64,000 bases of DNA from an uncultured Victivallis sp. (GTDB taxonomy: Bacteria > Verrucomicrobiota > Lentisphaeria > Victivallales > Victivallaceae): positions 810-64,809 of the forward strand of contig CALXNS010000064.1 of NCBI GenBank assembly GCA_944389815.1. The letters are read 5' to 3'. The translations under genes and the position numbers were made by a program. Every line of letters starts with the position of its first letter. Within the stretch, counting starts at the first letter, position 1. Under the pieces are notes generated by a model, which made no database searches, was not told the DNA's origin, and worked only from the letters and a program-made list of their open reading frames with translations. Below, piece by piece: positions 18,812-28,827 of the stretch.

Positions 18812-21800
18812 ATGGTTCGCATCATGATGAAAACGCTTTTTTACGCCGTTCTTTCCGTTGCGGTTGTAACCGCCGGAGCCGCCATGGTTCCGGACGGTTT
18901 TTATTATGAAAAAAACGATCACCTGCAAACGCGGAGTGAATCGCTGTTCTTCACGTATAAATTCTCTCCGGGAGACGAAGACGCCCTCCGGCGCGGGGTC
19001 AAATTCGAATTGAGCAATCTCGACAACGAAATTGTCCGTTCCGGCGAAAGCCGGGAATTCGAACTCCGGGACGGTCTGGCGATCTACCGGCTGCTGCCGC
19101 CGGCGGAGATGGCGGAATTGCCGAGCGCATGGTACAATCTGGCGATCGCGCCTGCGGGAGACGAAACGAACAATATGTTCGATCTCAAATTTCAACTCGA
19201 TTCCACGCCGTACCGCTCCCGTGTCGTCTATCTGCTCGACAACGCGACTCCGGAAGGGTACGCCCGCTGGCTCAACCGGGAATTCCCCGGCGAAATCGAA
19301 CCTCTCCGCGATTTTCCGGAAGACGGTTCCGCGCCGGCGGCGGTCATCATTTCCAGTTATCGTGAAGTGGACGCGCCGACGGTCGAGAAACTCCGGAACT
19401 ATGTGGAAAACGGAGGAACGCTGCTCTTTTTCGGAGTGAATCATCCATCGCTTGATTCACTCAACCCTCTTGCGCAGAACCGTGACGATCTCTACAGTTA
19501 CACTCCGTCAATGGCGGTGCAGAATGCCGAACTTCCGGAACTTGCCGATTTCGCCGTCTACCCGGTCAACGCCACCGCAGCTCCGGAAGCGGAAATTCTG
19601 GCGACCGCCGATGACGGAAAAATTCTCGCCGCCGTCAAACCGGTCGGTTCCGGCAGAAGTTACGCCTTCGCCGGCGCACTCAAGCCCAATGCCGGATATC
19701 GCGCCATGCTCGCGAAAGCACTGCAATTGAAATCACACCCCCTTCCCTCGACCGCGCCGGTCGCGGGAGCCGACGGTTTCACCGAAGGCATTTCCCGCAA
19801 CAACATCGGCCGGTTCGGATTCCTCAACACCGACCGGACCAACGATCTCTCGATCCGTCCGGAAAACATCTTCCGGCTCTGGGATCTGGAACAGGATACC
19901 TTCGCAATCAGCTTCACCGACTCCGACGAACCCGGCGAAATCGCCTGCGTCGAGGCGAATTATCTGCAGAAAACTCTTCGCGGCAAAGGCGGACGCTTCG
20001 GTGAGGAGACCATCTTCTCCTACGGGCTCGGCACACCCGGAATCTTGTTTGAAAACCCGATGGCGGAATCCTTCCGGTTCGAATCGCCGATGATCGGCCA
20101 TATCGCGTATCCGACGGAAAACGGAATCGTCGTCAACGACCTTGCAAGAGAACGTCCCGATCTGACGAAACTTTCACAGAACTGGTTCCTCGTCTGGAAC
20201 TCCACTTCGAAATATGACGCCTGGCCGCTGCTGGTGACGCTCAACCGCAAAGTTCATTCCGTTGAAAATTCCGCGCCCGGGAAACTCAAACTCGCCTTCG
20301 CCGAACCGGGTCTTGCGATTTCAGTCATGCCGCTTGCCGGAGCACGCCATTTCACGCCGGACGAAGTTGCCGCCTGGAATCCAACGCTGCCGGAAACCAT
20401 CGCCGTCGCCGCCGAACACTGGGCCCGCGCCCTTTCGGCCCGCACGACCGGTTGCATGGAAAGCTATCGCATCAATCCTGACAAAACAGTTACGATCCGC
20501 AATCAATTCACGCTCCGGGAGCTCCCAAACGAATGGAACATCTCCGCCGAACCGCGCGCCTATCTGCCGCCATTGCTGCCGATTTACGCGAAAACCGGAT
20601 TTGCCCGGTTGCCCGACAATCTGGAAGATCTTTCTTTCGCCACGCTGCATGGTCCGCTCGCCTGGGTGCCCGGCGACACGGTCGAGTACACACTCTCCAT
20701 CCCCGATCCGGAATACACCATGCCGGTCACGCCGACTGATCCACGCCTCGATTGTCCGGCGAACAAAACGCTCTTCAACCGGATCATCGATCATCTTGAC
20801 GAAGCCGGTCTCACCTACATTCCGGCGCGCTTCGCGATCGTTGAACCGCAGCCGGGACGAATTTATCCGGAACGGGATCTTGCCGACGTGGTCAAATGGC
20901 CCTTCAGCACTGATGCGCCGAGCTGGAAATACATCGACATTCATCTGAGCTGGGGCGGCGTCACCGGAAATTTGATGTTCAAACCCTATCTTGACGCCGT
21001 TCCCGGTTACGATGAAGTCAAAGCCCGGCTGGAAACGAAGATCCGCCGCAACATCAAACGCGACATCGAATATTTCCAATATAAAACCTTCCTGCTCTAT
21101 CGCAATGAACCCTTCAGCAACCAGCCTTATCTGATGGCGTTCATCTCGCCGGTACGGTTCAATGACGGCTATCGCACGTTCCACGACATGAACGAGACCA
21201 CCGGTATCATCATGCAGACGCTTGCGCTTTATGACAACATCTATCATGATCGCGATTTCCTCGAATCCAACCGGGAATATTTCGACCTTTTCATGAGTTA
21301 CACAAAACTCTTCAACGACTGGGCCTGGATGAGTTCGATCGCAGTGGAGTGGGGCATGGGCAACAATATCGACATGCTCAATGCCGAACTGCCGGCCTGG
21401 ACCGGACGTTACCGGATCGATCGCACTCTCGGACGCGATGCGGAGGCGGATTTCGCACTCTACATGGCGGCGAAGGCGGGAGCTTCGGCCGGGGCGCGGC
21501 TCTTTTTCGGCGACTTCTACAATTCGCTGAACTTCCCGATCCCGCCGCAGCTCGCTCCGCAGATCCATGAGATGAAGGACAGCGGTCAGACGAGCATGAC
21601 GCGCAACAATTATCTGCCGTTCCAGCTTGCTCAGGGATACGGCGAAGGCTGGCCGTCGCTGTGGCCGTCGGCGATGAACAAGGGGTTGGTCATGCACGCC
21701 TACGACGGCAAGGATTTCTACAGCACCAGCAAGGGGGTTCCCATCGAACTGGTCAACTTCTACCGCAGCAGTCCTGAGATGTGTGAAGTGCTCGGCGTTT

Positions 21801-22522
21801 ACGAAAACGCGTTCCGGCAGTTCGCCTTCGACAATGATCTGCCCTACCTTTATTCGCGCATCGCCGGCGACGTCTGCCTCAATCCGGTCGATCGCGGGGA
21901 GCTGGAAAAACGCCTCAACCGCACATGGCGTTTTGGCGGCATGACCGCGAAGAGCCTCGGCATGGGCGTCGCCGACTGGGAAACCACCGCAATGAGCATT
22001 CTTCTGGAAGAATTGCGCAGGAGCGCCGATCAGGATGAACTTCGTTTCACCGTCCCGGTCGAACCGGAAAAATGGGAGGCGGTCTGGCCGAAATCCGGTC
22101 CGGCGCCGGAATGCAAACCGGTCGACACGCCGGAGGGACGCGCCATGCATTTCCGTTTCCAGGCGCCCACGCCGGAGAACGTGCCGGTCGCCTTCGCCCG
22201 GTTCGACAAAAAATCCGTCGCCGACAAAAAATGCGCCGCGCTCTCTTTCCGGATTAAATCCCCCACCCCGGGGGGCACGCTCGACATCGCGCTTCCGGAG
22301 ACCGACTGGACGAAGAATCCGGTCGTTTCGCTGCCGATCGATGAATCGATGCGCGACGGGAAAGTCGTCCGGCTCGAATTCGAACGCGATTTCAAACTTG
22401 GCTCTTTCGGCATGAAACCGGAGAATCTCCGCGGCGAACTCTTCTTCTACAATGGAATTGTCCCGGGGAAGACGCGCGGCGAATTAAATTTCGAATTGAC
22501 CGATATCCGCTTCGAACCTTGA
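18812..22522 (+). CDS. Large secreted protein of unrecognised family, probably carbohydrate-active
   Basis: 1236-aa ORF with signal peptide 'MMKTLFYAVLSVAVVTAGAA'. It has an N-terminal flavodoxin/GATase-like segment ('AAVIISSYREVDAPTVEKLRNYVENGGTLLFFG'), a helical middle and a C-terminal beta-sandwich-like tail. The antisense 609-aa ORF is spurious. Confidence 0.75.
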   Translation: MVRIMMKTLFYAVLSVAVVTAGAAMVPDGFYYEKNDHLQTRSESLFFTYKFSPGDEDALRRGVKFELSNLDNEIVRSGESREFELRDGLAIYRLLPPAEMAELPSAWYNLAIAPAGDETNNMFDLKFQLDSTPYRSRVVYLLDNATPEGYARWLNREFPGEIEPLRDFPEDGSAPAAVIISSYREVDAPTVEKLRNYVENGGTLLFFGVNHPSLDSLNPLAQNRDDLYSYTPSMAVQNAELPELADFAVYPVNATAAPEAEILATADDGKILAAVKPVGSGRSYAFAGALKPNAGYRAMLAKALQLKSHPLPSTAPVAGADGFTEGISRNNIGRFGFLNTDRTNDLSIRPENIFRLWDLEQDTFAISFTDSDEPGEIACVEANYLQKTLRGKGGRFGEETIFSYGLGTPGILFENPMAESFRFESPMIGHIAYPTENGIVVNDLARERPDLTKLSQNWFLVWNSTSKYDAWPLLVTLNRKVHSVENSAPGKLKLAFAEPGLAISVMPLAGARHFTPDEVAAWNPTLPETIAVAAEHWARALSARTTGCMESYRINPDKTVTIRNQFTLRELPNEWNISAEPRAYLPPLLPIYAKTGFARLPDNLEDLSFATLHGPLAWVPGDTVEYTLSIPDPEYTMPVTPTDPRLDCPANKTLFNRIIDHLDEAGLTYIPARFAIVEPQPGRIYPERDLADVVKWPFSTDAPSWKYIDIHLSWGGVTGNLMFKPYLDAVPGYDEVKARLETKIRRNIKRDIEYFQYKTFLLYRNEPFSNQPYLMAFISPVRFNDGYRTFHDMNETTGIIMQTLALYDNIYHDRDFLESNREYFDLFMSYTKLFNDWAWMSSIAVEWGMGNNIDMLNAELPAWTGRYRIDRTLGRDAEADFALYMAAKAGASAGARLFFGDFYNSLNFPIPPQLAPQIHEMKDSGQTSMTRNNYLPFQLAQGYGEGWPSLWPSAMNKGLVMHAYDGKDFYSTSKGVPIELVNFYRSSPEMCEVLGVYENAFRQFAFDNDLPYLYSRIAGDVCLNPVDRGELEKRLNRTWRFGGMTAKSLGMGVADWETTAMSILLEELRRSADQDELRFTVPVEPEKWEAVWPKSGPAPECKPVDTPEGRAMHFRFQAPTPENVPVAFARFDKKSVADKKCAALSFRIKSPTPGGTLDIALPETDWTKNPVVSLPIDESMRDGKVVRLEFERDFKLGSFGMKPENLRGELFFYNGIVPGKTRGELNFELTDIRFEP

Positions 22523-22621
22523 TTTGATTTTTCATTGAACCGGGATATATTCTGTTTTCTGTAATGTAAAATCTGTGATGTCATACCCTCTTCAACAGGG
22601 AAGAAAGGATACCTTCTGAAA

Positions 22622-23944
22622 ATGGAAATCATGATCCCGGCCCGGAATATTCCGGTTTTGACCGAAGCGGACGTCTGTGTCATCGGCGGCGGAACCACCG
22701 GCGTTTTCGCCGCGCTCCGCGCCGCCCGGCGCGGAGCGAAAACGGTTCTGATCGAACGCGGCAACCGCCCCGGCGGAACCGCCACGCTTTCGCTGGTCTG
22801 TTACTGGCACACGCTCTTCGATCTTTCCGGAAAACGCCGGATCATTTCCGGATTAACTCAGGAAGTGATCGACCGCCTCGCCCGGCGCGACGCGGTAAAA
22901 ATTCACGAACCGGACAACCCGTCCTATTATGTCACGCTCAATACGGAGGAGTTGTCCATTGAACTTGAGGAGATGCTTCGCGAAGCGGGAGTTGAAATTT
23001 TTTATCACACGATGTTTCTCGCGCCGCTTCCGGAACTGCGCGGCATCCGCGTCGGCGGAAAAAACGGCGAATACGCCATTCTTGCGAAACGTTTCGTCGA
23101 TGCAAGCGGTGACGGCGATCTCATTTACTCACTCAATCTTCCGATGTGGAGCAATCCCGCTCCGCAACCGCCGAGCTGCTGTGCCAAATTGTCGAATTAT
23201 CCGTTTGAAACCGACGCCGCGGCGATCGGAGAACTGATTCACCGCAACGCCGCACGCTACGGATTGCCTGAAGGACACATCTGGGGCTGTCCGCTTCACA
23301 ACAGTCCGCTTTACTTCCTCTCCGGAACCAAGGTGGCCGGACTCAACGTCGCCGGCATAAGAGAGTTGTCGCGGGCGGAAACGGAGGGGCGCCGCCAGCT
23401 CCGCGCCATCCTGGACATCATCGCCGAGGCCGGATATCCCCGACCGACGCTGGAGGCATTGCCGTCGCTGCTCGGCATCCGCGACAGTCGTCACATCCAT
23501 GCGCTCTACCGCGTAACCGACGATGATCTTCTCTCCGGACGCGCCTTTCCCGACGCGGTCGCGGCGGGAACCTACCGGCTCGACGTCCATCAACAGAATC
23601 CGCCCGGCACCGAATTCCGTTATCTGGACGGACGGCGGGAATTCCAATCGCCGCATCAGCCGCCGAAATGCGACTTCTGGCGCGATCCGGCGCTGCCGAC
23701 GCCGCCATTCTATCAGATTCCGCTCCGCAGCCTGATTCCTGCAGGGACGCAGCAGGTCATCGCCGCCGGCAGAATGGTGGATGCCGAAACCGGCGCCTTC
23801 GGTGCGATCCGGGTGATGGTCAATTTAAATCAGCTCGGCGAAGCGGCCGGCGCCACCGCGGCGCTCTCGCTCGAACGTGATTGCGACATCGCCGAAGTTC
23901 CGGCCGCGGCGGTCCAGGCCGAACTTGCACCGCCGTTCCTGTAA
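22622..23944 (+). CDS. FAD-dependent oxidoreductase (glucose-inhibited-division/FAD_oxidored-like family)
   Basis: Dinucleotide-binding motif 'DVCVIGGGTTGVFAALRAARRGAKTVLIE' followed by 'GGTAT'. Confidence 0.8.
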   Translation: MEIMIPARNIPVLTEADVCVIGGGTTGVFAALRAARRGAKTVLIERGNRPGGTATLSLVCYWHTLFDLSGKRRIISGLTQEVIDRLARRDAVKIHEPDNPSYYVTLNTEELSIELEEMLREAGVEIFYHTMFLAPLPELRGIRVGGKNGEYAILAKRFVDASGDGDLIYSLNLPMWSNPAPQPPSCCAKLSNYPFETDAAAIGELIHRNAARYGLPEGHIWGCPLHNSPLYFLSGTKVAGLNVAGIRELSRAETEGRRQLRAILDIIAEAGYPRPTLEALPSLLGIRDSRHIHALYRVTDDDLLSGRAFPDAVAAGTYRLDVHQQNPPGTEFRYLDGRREFQSPHQPPKCDFWRDPALPTPPFYQIPLRSLIPAGTQQVIAAGRMVDAETGAFGAIRVMVNLNQLGEAAGATAALSLERDCDIAEVPAAAVQAELAPPFL

Positions 23945-24015
23945 CGAATTTTCCTGCCTCAGATGGCAAACGCCCCGGTCGGCCAGGCCGGATGGCGTGA
24001 CTCCGTCTGTGCGCT

Positions 24016-25257
24016 TTATTCGTTTTTTAAAACATTTTCCCCGCACAACGCACCGGAGCTGAACGCCCACTGTAAATTGAAGCCGCCGCACGGCCCGTCC
24101 ACATCAAGCATCTCCCCGCAGAACGACAACCCGCCGAGCCGGCGGCTTTTCATCGTCCCGGCGTCAACCTCATCCAGCGCGACGCCTCCCGTGGTCGCCA
24201 TCGCCTTCTCCCAGCCGTCAGTTCCGGAAATCGTCAATCGCATCCCGCTCAAATGGCCGATCAGAAGATCCCGGTTCGCGCGGGAGAGTTCAGCACCCCT
24301 CACCGCAGCGCAACCGCCGCTCAAACGGCAGATTTCATCGACCAGGCGCCGCGGCAGATGCTGTTCGGCAAGCAGCGTGCCGATCTGCCGCTTCCCGCAC
24401 GAACCGCGCCATTTCTCAAAAACGTTCCGCCACCACTCCCGGTCACGTTCCGCAAATAACGCCGCTTCAATCGTCACGCGTTCTCCCGCCGCCAGACGCC
24501 GCGACACTCTGCCGGAATAATCCAGCGTCGACGGACCATTTACCCCGGTATGCGTGAAAACCAGCGCCCCGCGCCCCGTTTCCCGCTTCCCGTTCCCGAA
24601 CCGGATCAGAACATCATCCAGAAGCGTTCCCGCCAGCGTTCCCGGCCACGTTTCGAGCGTCCGCAATCCGACCAGCGCCGGCAGCGGCGTCACGATCGAA
24701 TGCCCCGCCTGACGGGCCAGTTCATAACCGCTTCCACCGCCGCCCAGCGCCGGATAACCGTTGCCGCCACACGCGAGCACGACATGACGCGCATGAAATT
24801 CCCGCCCGTCGGCGGTGCACACGCCGGCAACCCGGTTCGCTTTCACCAGCAGCGACCGCACCGGAGTTCCGCTCATGATGACGCCATGCGAACTTCGCAG
24901 CGATGAAGTCAACGCCGACAACACGTCCCCCGCACGCTGCGATTCGGGGAAATAATGGAAGTTGTCCGTCGCAACAGTCGGAACGTGCCGCGCCCGGAAC
25001 CAGTCACGCAGACGCTCTGAGCTGAAATAATGAAACGCCTTCCGGACGAACCGCTCTCCATGAGGAAAACGCGCCGCCATCTCATCCGGCGTAAGCACGT
25101 TGGTCAAATTGCATTTTCCCGCGCCGGACGCCAGCAATTTCCGCCCCGGCGACGGCAAAAATTCCAGAACCAGCGTCCGCCATCCGCGCCGCGCCGCAGT
25201 CACCGCCGCCATCAGCCCCGCCGGACCGCCGCCGACGATCAATACATCGATATCCAT
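24016..25257 (-). CDS. HI0933/BaiN-like NAD(P)/FAD-dependent flavoprotein
   Basis: 'DVLIVGGGPAGLMAAVTAARRG...GRKLLASGAGKCNLTN' and C-terminal 'GEMLDVDGPCGGFNLQWAFSSG'. Confidence 0.85.
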   Translation of the reverse strand: MDIDVLIVGGGPAGLMAAVTAARRGWRTLVLEFLPSPGRKLLASGAGKCNLTNVLTPDEMAARFPHGERFVRKAFHYFSSERLRDWFRARHVPTVATDNFHYFPESQRAGDVLSALTSSLRSSHGVIMSGTPVRSLLVKANRVAGVCTADGREFHARHVVLACGGNGYPALGGGGSGYELARQAGHSIVTPLPALVGLRTLETWPGTLAGTLLDDVLIRFGNGKRETGRGALVFTHTGVNGPSTLDYSGRVSRRLAAGERVTIEAALFAERDREWWRNVFEKWRGSCGKRQIGTLLAEQHLPRRLVDEICRLSGGCAAVRGAELSRANRDLLIGHLSGMRLTISGTDGWEKAMATTGGVALDEVDAGTMKSRRLGGLSFCGEMLDVDGPCGGFNLQWAFSSGALCGENVLKNE

Positions 25258-25317
25258 CTTACTTATCGTGTTTCATCTTCTCTTACGAAGAGCGCGAATG
25301 CTATGTTTCACGCAAAC

Positions 25318-25356
25318 AAAAAAGGCATGCACCCTCTTCTGCGGCCATGCCTTTTT
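25318..25356. terminator. Bidirectional hairpin terminator candidate (downstream of the 25410 gene on the minus strand)
   Basis: Stem 'ggcatg'/'catgcc' flanked by an A-run on one side and a T-run on the other. Confidence 0.5.
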
Positions 25357-25409
25357 CGCACTCTGCGTCATCTCTCCCGCGTTCCGATTCCTGAACCGGA
25401 ACGCTTTCC

Positions 25410-28226
25410 TCATGCATTGCCACCGTCCGCGTCGTCCTCCTCAAGATCATCCGGCGGCTTCAACAACGTAACCTTTTCGCCGAGGCGGAATTCAGTGTTG
25501 CCGAGCTGCGCCCGGGTCATTTCCGGCAGAATCTTCACCGGCACATTCGAATCGAGCATCACCTCCAGCCCGCCGTCCGGCAATTTCTTCCACTGCACCT
25601 TCAGCCGCCCGCGCGCCATCGGCAGCGTCGCCTCCGCCCAGTCGATCAAATTAAAGGCCGGGTTGAAATAGATCACCGAATGTCCCGCCTCGGCAATCCG
25701 CACGCCGACAACTTCGCGCAACAGGAAAATGTTCGGCGAAACACAACTGCCATCGGAGAATTTGGTTGGCGCCGGTTCCGGATGATCCGGCGAAATCCGC
25801 CACGCATCGCAATCATCGCAGATCCGCCGGGCCCAGTAATCCCGGAAATACCGGAACGCCCAATCCCGCTGCCCGATCGCAAACATCATCTCTATGAAGA
25901 GAAAATGGAAATACGGATGCTCCGACTCCTCGCTCTTGTCGAACGGCGGATCGTAATTGAAGAATGCATAGAAGAACCGCTCGAACGATTCCAGCGGAAA
26001 CACCCCGCCGAACATCGCGCAGAAGTTGGCAAACAAATTGTGGTCCGGTTTCCGCTTCGCCTGGAACCCCCACCGCCCGAAAAGCTGTGCCTCCTCGTCG
26101 AAATTCAGCCGCATCAACTGGCCGGCCACACGCTGCGCCAGCGACACGCAGCGCGCCACGCTGCCGGGCTGATTGACTTGCCGATAAATTTCCGCCGCAG
26201 AGAGCAGGAACCGGCAGAAAAGCGCATTCAGATAGGTCGGCACCTCATCCTCCCCGAATTCCCCGTGACTCAAACGGCTGTGCAGGCCGAAACGCGTCTC
26301 CACATCGACCAGCAAACCGGTCTCCTCGTCCAGCATCGCCTCAAAATATTCCCGGGTCAGATCGAGGCTCGGAACCGTCCGCTCCAGTTCCACCGGGTTC
26401 GCGCAGAACCGGTAGTTGTAATAAATCCATACCGGGAAGAAAAACAAATGGTGTATCTGCGACGCATGCCGCCGCCCGAAGGTCAGCGCCGGAATGTCCC
26501 CGTTCTCCAGCTGCGCATCGATGAACTGACGCAGCCGTGCCGTCGCGTAATCGAAATCCCCGAACACCGCGGCCATGTTCACAGCGTCGATGTAGGCGTC
26601 GAGCATGTAACAATCAAAATCGCTCCGGGATTCCGCCAATGGAACGAATGCCGCCGAACGGCGCAACGTCTGGCGACCGATCTCCCAGAACCGGTTCAGC
26701 AGTTCGTCCGAGCAGCGAAACGACGCCTCGTGCCGAACCGGACGATACAACTCCTCCAGCCACACGCCCGTCACCCGAACCGGGCCGGACGAACTCCTCA
26801 CGGCAATCATCACATAAAAACAATCCGACGGCGTGAAACTCAGAAACATGTTCTGATCCTTCCGGCAGACAATCGTACAGGCGCTGCGCACTCCGCCCGC
26901 GGGAACCACCAGCCCGCGCTCCGAACGGCGCAAGCCGGTGATGATGTCCACGACGTCTCCCTCGTTCGCCGTAAGTTGAACCCGGACGAAACCGCTGCGC
27001 AATTTATCCAGACGATAGATCAGATATTCCCGCTCCGCCAACGGCTCCGGCACGCCGATTTCCGCCGGAGTTTTCCCGGCAGGTGAGAAAACGCAATGTT
27101 TCAAATAACTGAACGGATCCGTCAACTTCGACAAATCCGGAAGATACCGCTTCACCTGCAACCGTTCAAACCGCAGCGACGGCGTCGCTTCCGCCAGCGA
27201 CAATTTCAACGGACCGACCGTGTTCCAGCCCGATGCGGCGTCGTCCATCATATCCTGATACACCTGGAACGGACGACCGAACGCCTCGTCCGGCAGCACC
27301 AGGAAGAATCCCATCGAGTGACATCCCGGATTTTGAATCAGCAGCAAACGGTTCCAGCCGGCGCGCAACGGCAGCACGACCTCCTCGCCGCTGCTGTATT
27401 CCCCCGTAGCAACCAGACGGTTGTTGCAGAAGAACTTGAACGGATCGTCGGTGTATGGACGAACCGCAATCTCGCACTCTTCCTCGCAGAAAATATAGGT
27501 GTCCGCCGCGTAGGTGAAACCCAATGTGTCACAGCTGTTGTCGAACACAACCTGCGTCCAGTTGGGCTGCGTCGTCACAAAACCGCGCTCCGTCAGGAAA
27601 ATCGGCGGTTGTTCCTCATTGATCACCGGCGGCGTCAGCGGATGCAGTTCCAGTTTTGCGCCGAGTTCGCCGACCGGAACCGTGTAGTCCGGCCGCTGCC
27701 AGTTCGCATCCGGAAGAAACATCGGATTCGACCATTTCGGCGGGCAGTCCTTCGCCCGGAAGAGCTGCGTCATGCCCTGTTCCGGCGAAATCCGAGCCCG
27801 GTGCCCGCCGAAACAACTCCCATCATAAATGAACCACGATTCATCCGAACAGATCACCTGCTGGTGTTCGGTCTCCATCTGACACCACAGTCCCGGCGTG
27901 CGACGGTCGTCGCCCCCGGGAAACACGTTGTAATAAAGCAATACCGCGATCACATTGATCCCGGATTCCAGATAATAGGTCACCTCATGCTGGTCGATGT
28001 AGCTGATCCCGCAGCTCTGGTGCGCTCGCGGACCGAATCCGACGAAACGACCGTTGATGAAAAGTTGATACGCACAGTTCGCGCTGATCCAGAGATTGGT
28101 CTCCAGCCCGACGCTCGAGCAGACAAACTCCTTTCGCATCAGAAGAAAACTGTCCGGATGATTCAGAAGGGACTGCTTCCAAATCCACACACCATTGATC
28201 TTCCTGGGCAATGTTACGTTCGCCAT
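25410..28226 (-). CDS. Alpha-L-rhamnosidase (GH78)-like multidomain protein, cytoplasmic
   Basis: The N-terminal domain 'LWISANCAYQLFINGRFVGFGP' resembles the bacterial rhamnosidase N-domain. The long C-terminal helical region is consistent with a six-hairpin fold. ATG 28226 has RBS 'ggggag'; ATG 28256 is an alternative start. Confidence 0.6.
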   Translation of the reverse strand: MANVTLPRKINGVWIWKQSLLNHPDSFLLMRKEFVCSSVGLETNLWISANCAYQLFINGRFVGFGPRAHQSCGISYIDQHEVTYYLESGINVIAVLLYYNVFPGGDDRRTPGLWCQMETEHQQVICSDESWFIYDGSCFGGHRARISPEQGMTQLFRAKDCPPKWSNPMFLPDANWQRPDYTVPVGELGAKLELHPLTPPVINEEQPPIFLTERGFVTTQPNWTQVVFDNSCDTLGFTYAADTYIFCEEECEIAVRPYTDDPFKFFCNNRLVATGEYSSGEEVVLPLRAGWNRLLLIQNPGCHSMGFFLVLPDEAFGRPFQVYQDMMDDAASGWNTVGPLKLSLAEATPSLRFERLQVKRYLPDLSKLTDPFSYLKHCVFSPAGKTPAEIGVPEPLAEREYLIYRLDKLRSGFVRVQLTANEGDVVDIITGLRRSERGLVVPAGGVRSACTIVCRKDQNMFLSFTPSDCFYVMIAVRSSSGPVRVTGVWLEELYRPVRHEASFRCSDELLNRFWEIGRQTLRRSAAFVPLAESRSDFDCYMLDAYIDAVNMAAVFGDFDYATARLRQFIDAQLENGDIPALTFGRRHASQIHHLFFFPVWIYYNYRFCANPVELERTVPSLDLTREYFEAMLDEETGLLVDVETRFGLHSRLSHGEFGEDEVPTYLNALFCRFLLSAAEIYRQVNQPGSVARCVSLAQRVAGQLMRLNFDEEAQLFGRWGFQAKRKPDHNLFANFCAMFGGVFPLESFERFFYAFFNYDPPFDKSEESEHPYFHFLFIEMMFAIGQRDWAFRYFRDYWARRICDDCDAWRISPDHPEPAPTKFSDGSCVSPNIFLLREVVGVRIAEAGHSVIYFNPAFNLIDWAEATLPMARGRLKVQWKKLPDGGLEVMLDSNVPVKILPEMTRAQLGNTEFRLGEKVTLLKPPDDLEEDDADGGNA

Positions 28227-28446
28227 GACCAATCTCCCCGATCGTTGAAATCGCATCTCATGCGAATTTGGATATTATGCAGATTCGCCCGCGCCACGGA
28301 GCGGCACACTGCAACCTCGACGCGGAAGGATTCCGTTATAACTATGGCCCATGAAATCTACTTTGTCAACCATTGCGTAAACTTTTTGCCGATTTTTCCG
28401 CACTTTTTTCTCTGGTGCCGCTTCAGATACGGATATTTTTCCGAAA

Positions 28447-28827
28447 TCAGCGCTCCCAGACCGCGGTGGCCGTCGCGTAACTTCGCTCATGGCTGATCGA
28501 GATCAGGATTCTTCCGCCCCCTCCCCGCGCAAAATGCGCCGCAGCCGATCCGTGAAGTTCCACCCGAGGCTCCCCGGTCGCAACATCGTTGAGGATTTCC
28601 ACCTCCTTGAACGCGCACGACGCTCCGATCCCGCACCCCAGCGCCTTGGCGACCGCCTCCTTCGCCGCCCAACGACCCGCGCAATGCGGCCCCGGCGCGG
28701 AGTGCGATGCGAAATTTCCCTGTTCGCGCGAAGAAAAAATCCGATCCAGAAATATCTCTCCGAAACGCTTCAAGGCCCGTTCGACACGCTCCACTTCGAC
28801 GATATCCGTACCGATTCCCGCAATCAA
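28447..28827 (-). CDS. acpS: Holo-[acyl-carrier-protein] synthase
   Basis: 'IAGIGTDIVEVERV', 'RWAAKEAVAKALG' and 'ISISHERSYATA'. Confidence 0.9.
   Translation of the reverse strand: MIAGIGTDIVEVERVERALKRFGEIFLDRIFSSREQGNFASHSAPGPHCAGRWAAKEAVAKALGCGIGASCAFKEVEILNDVATGEPRVELHGSAAAHFARGGGGRILISISHERSYATATAVWER

Noticed and set aside
20321-22150. 609-aa minus-strand ORF
   Set aside because: Antisense to the 1236-aa secreted protein. It lacks an RBS and signal, and its composition is typical of the GC-rich shadow frame.
25680-28496. Two long + strand ORFs (468 aa and 466 aa)
   Set aside because: Antisense to the 948-aa GH78-like gene. Extremely Arg/Pro/His-rich.
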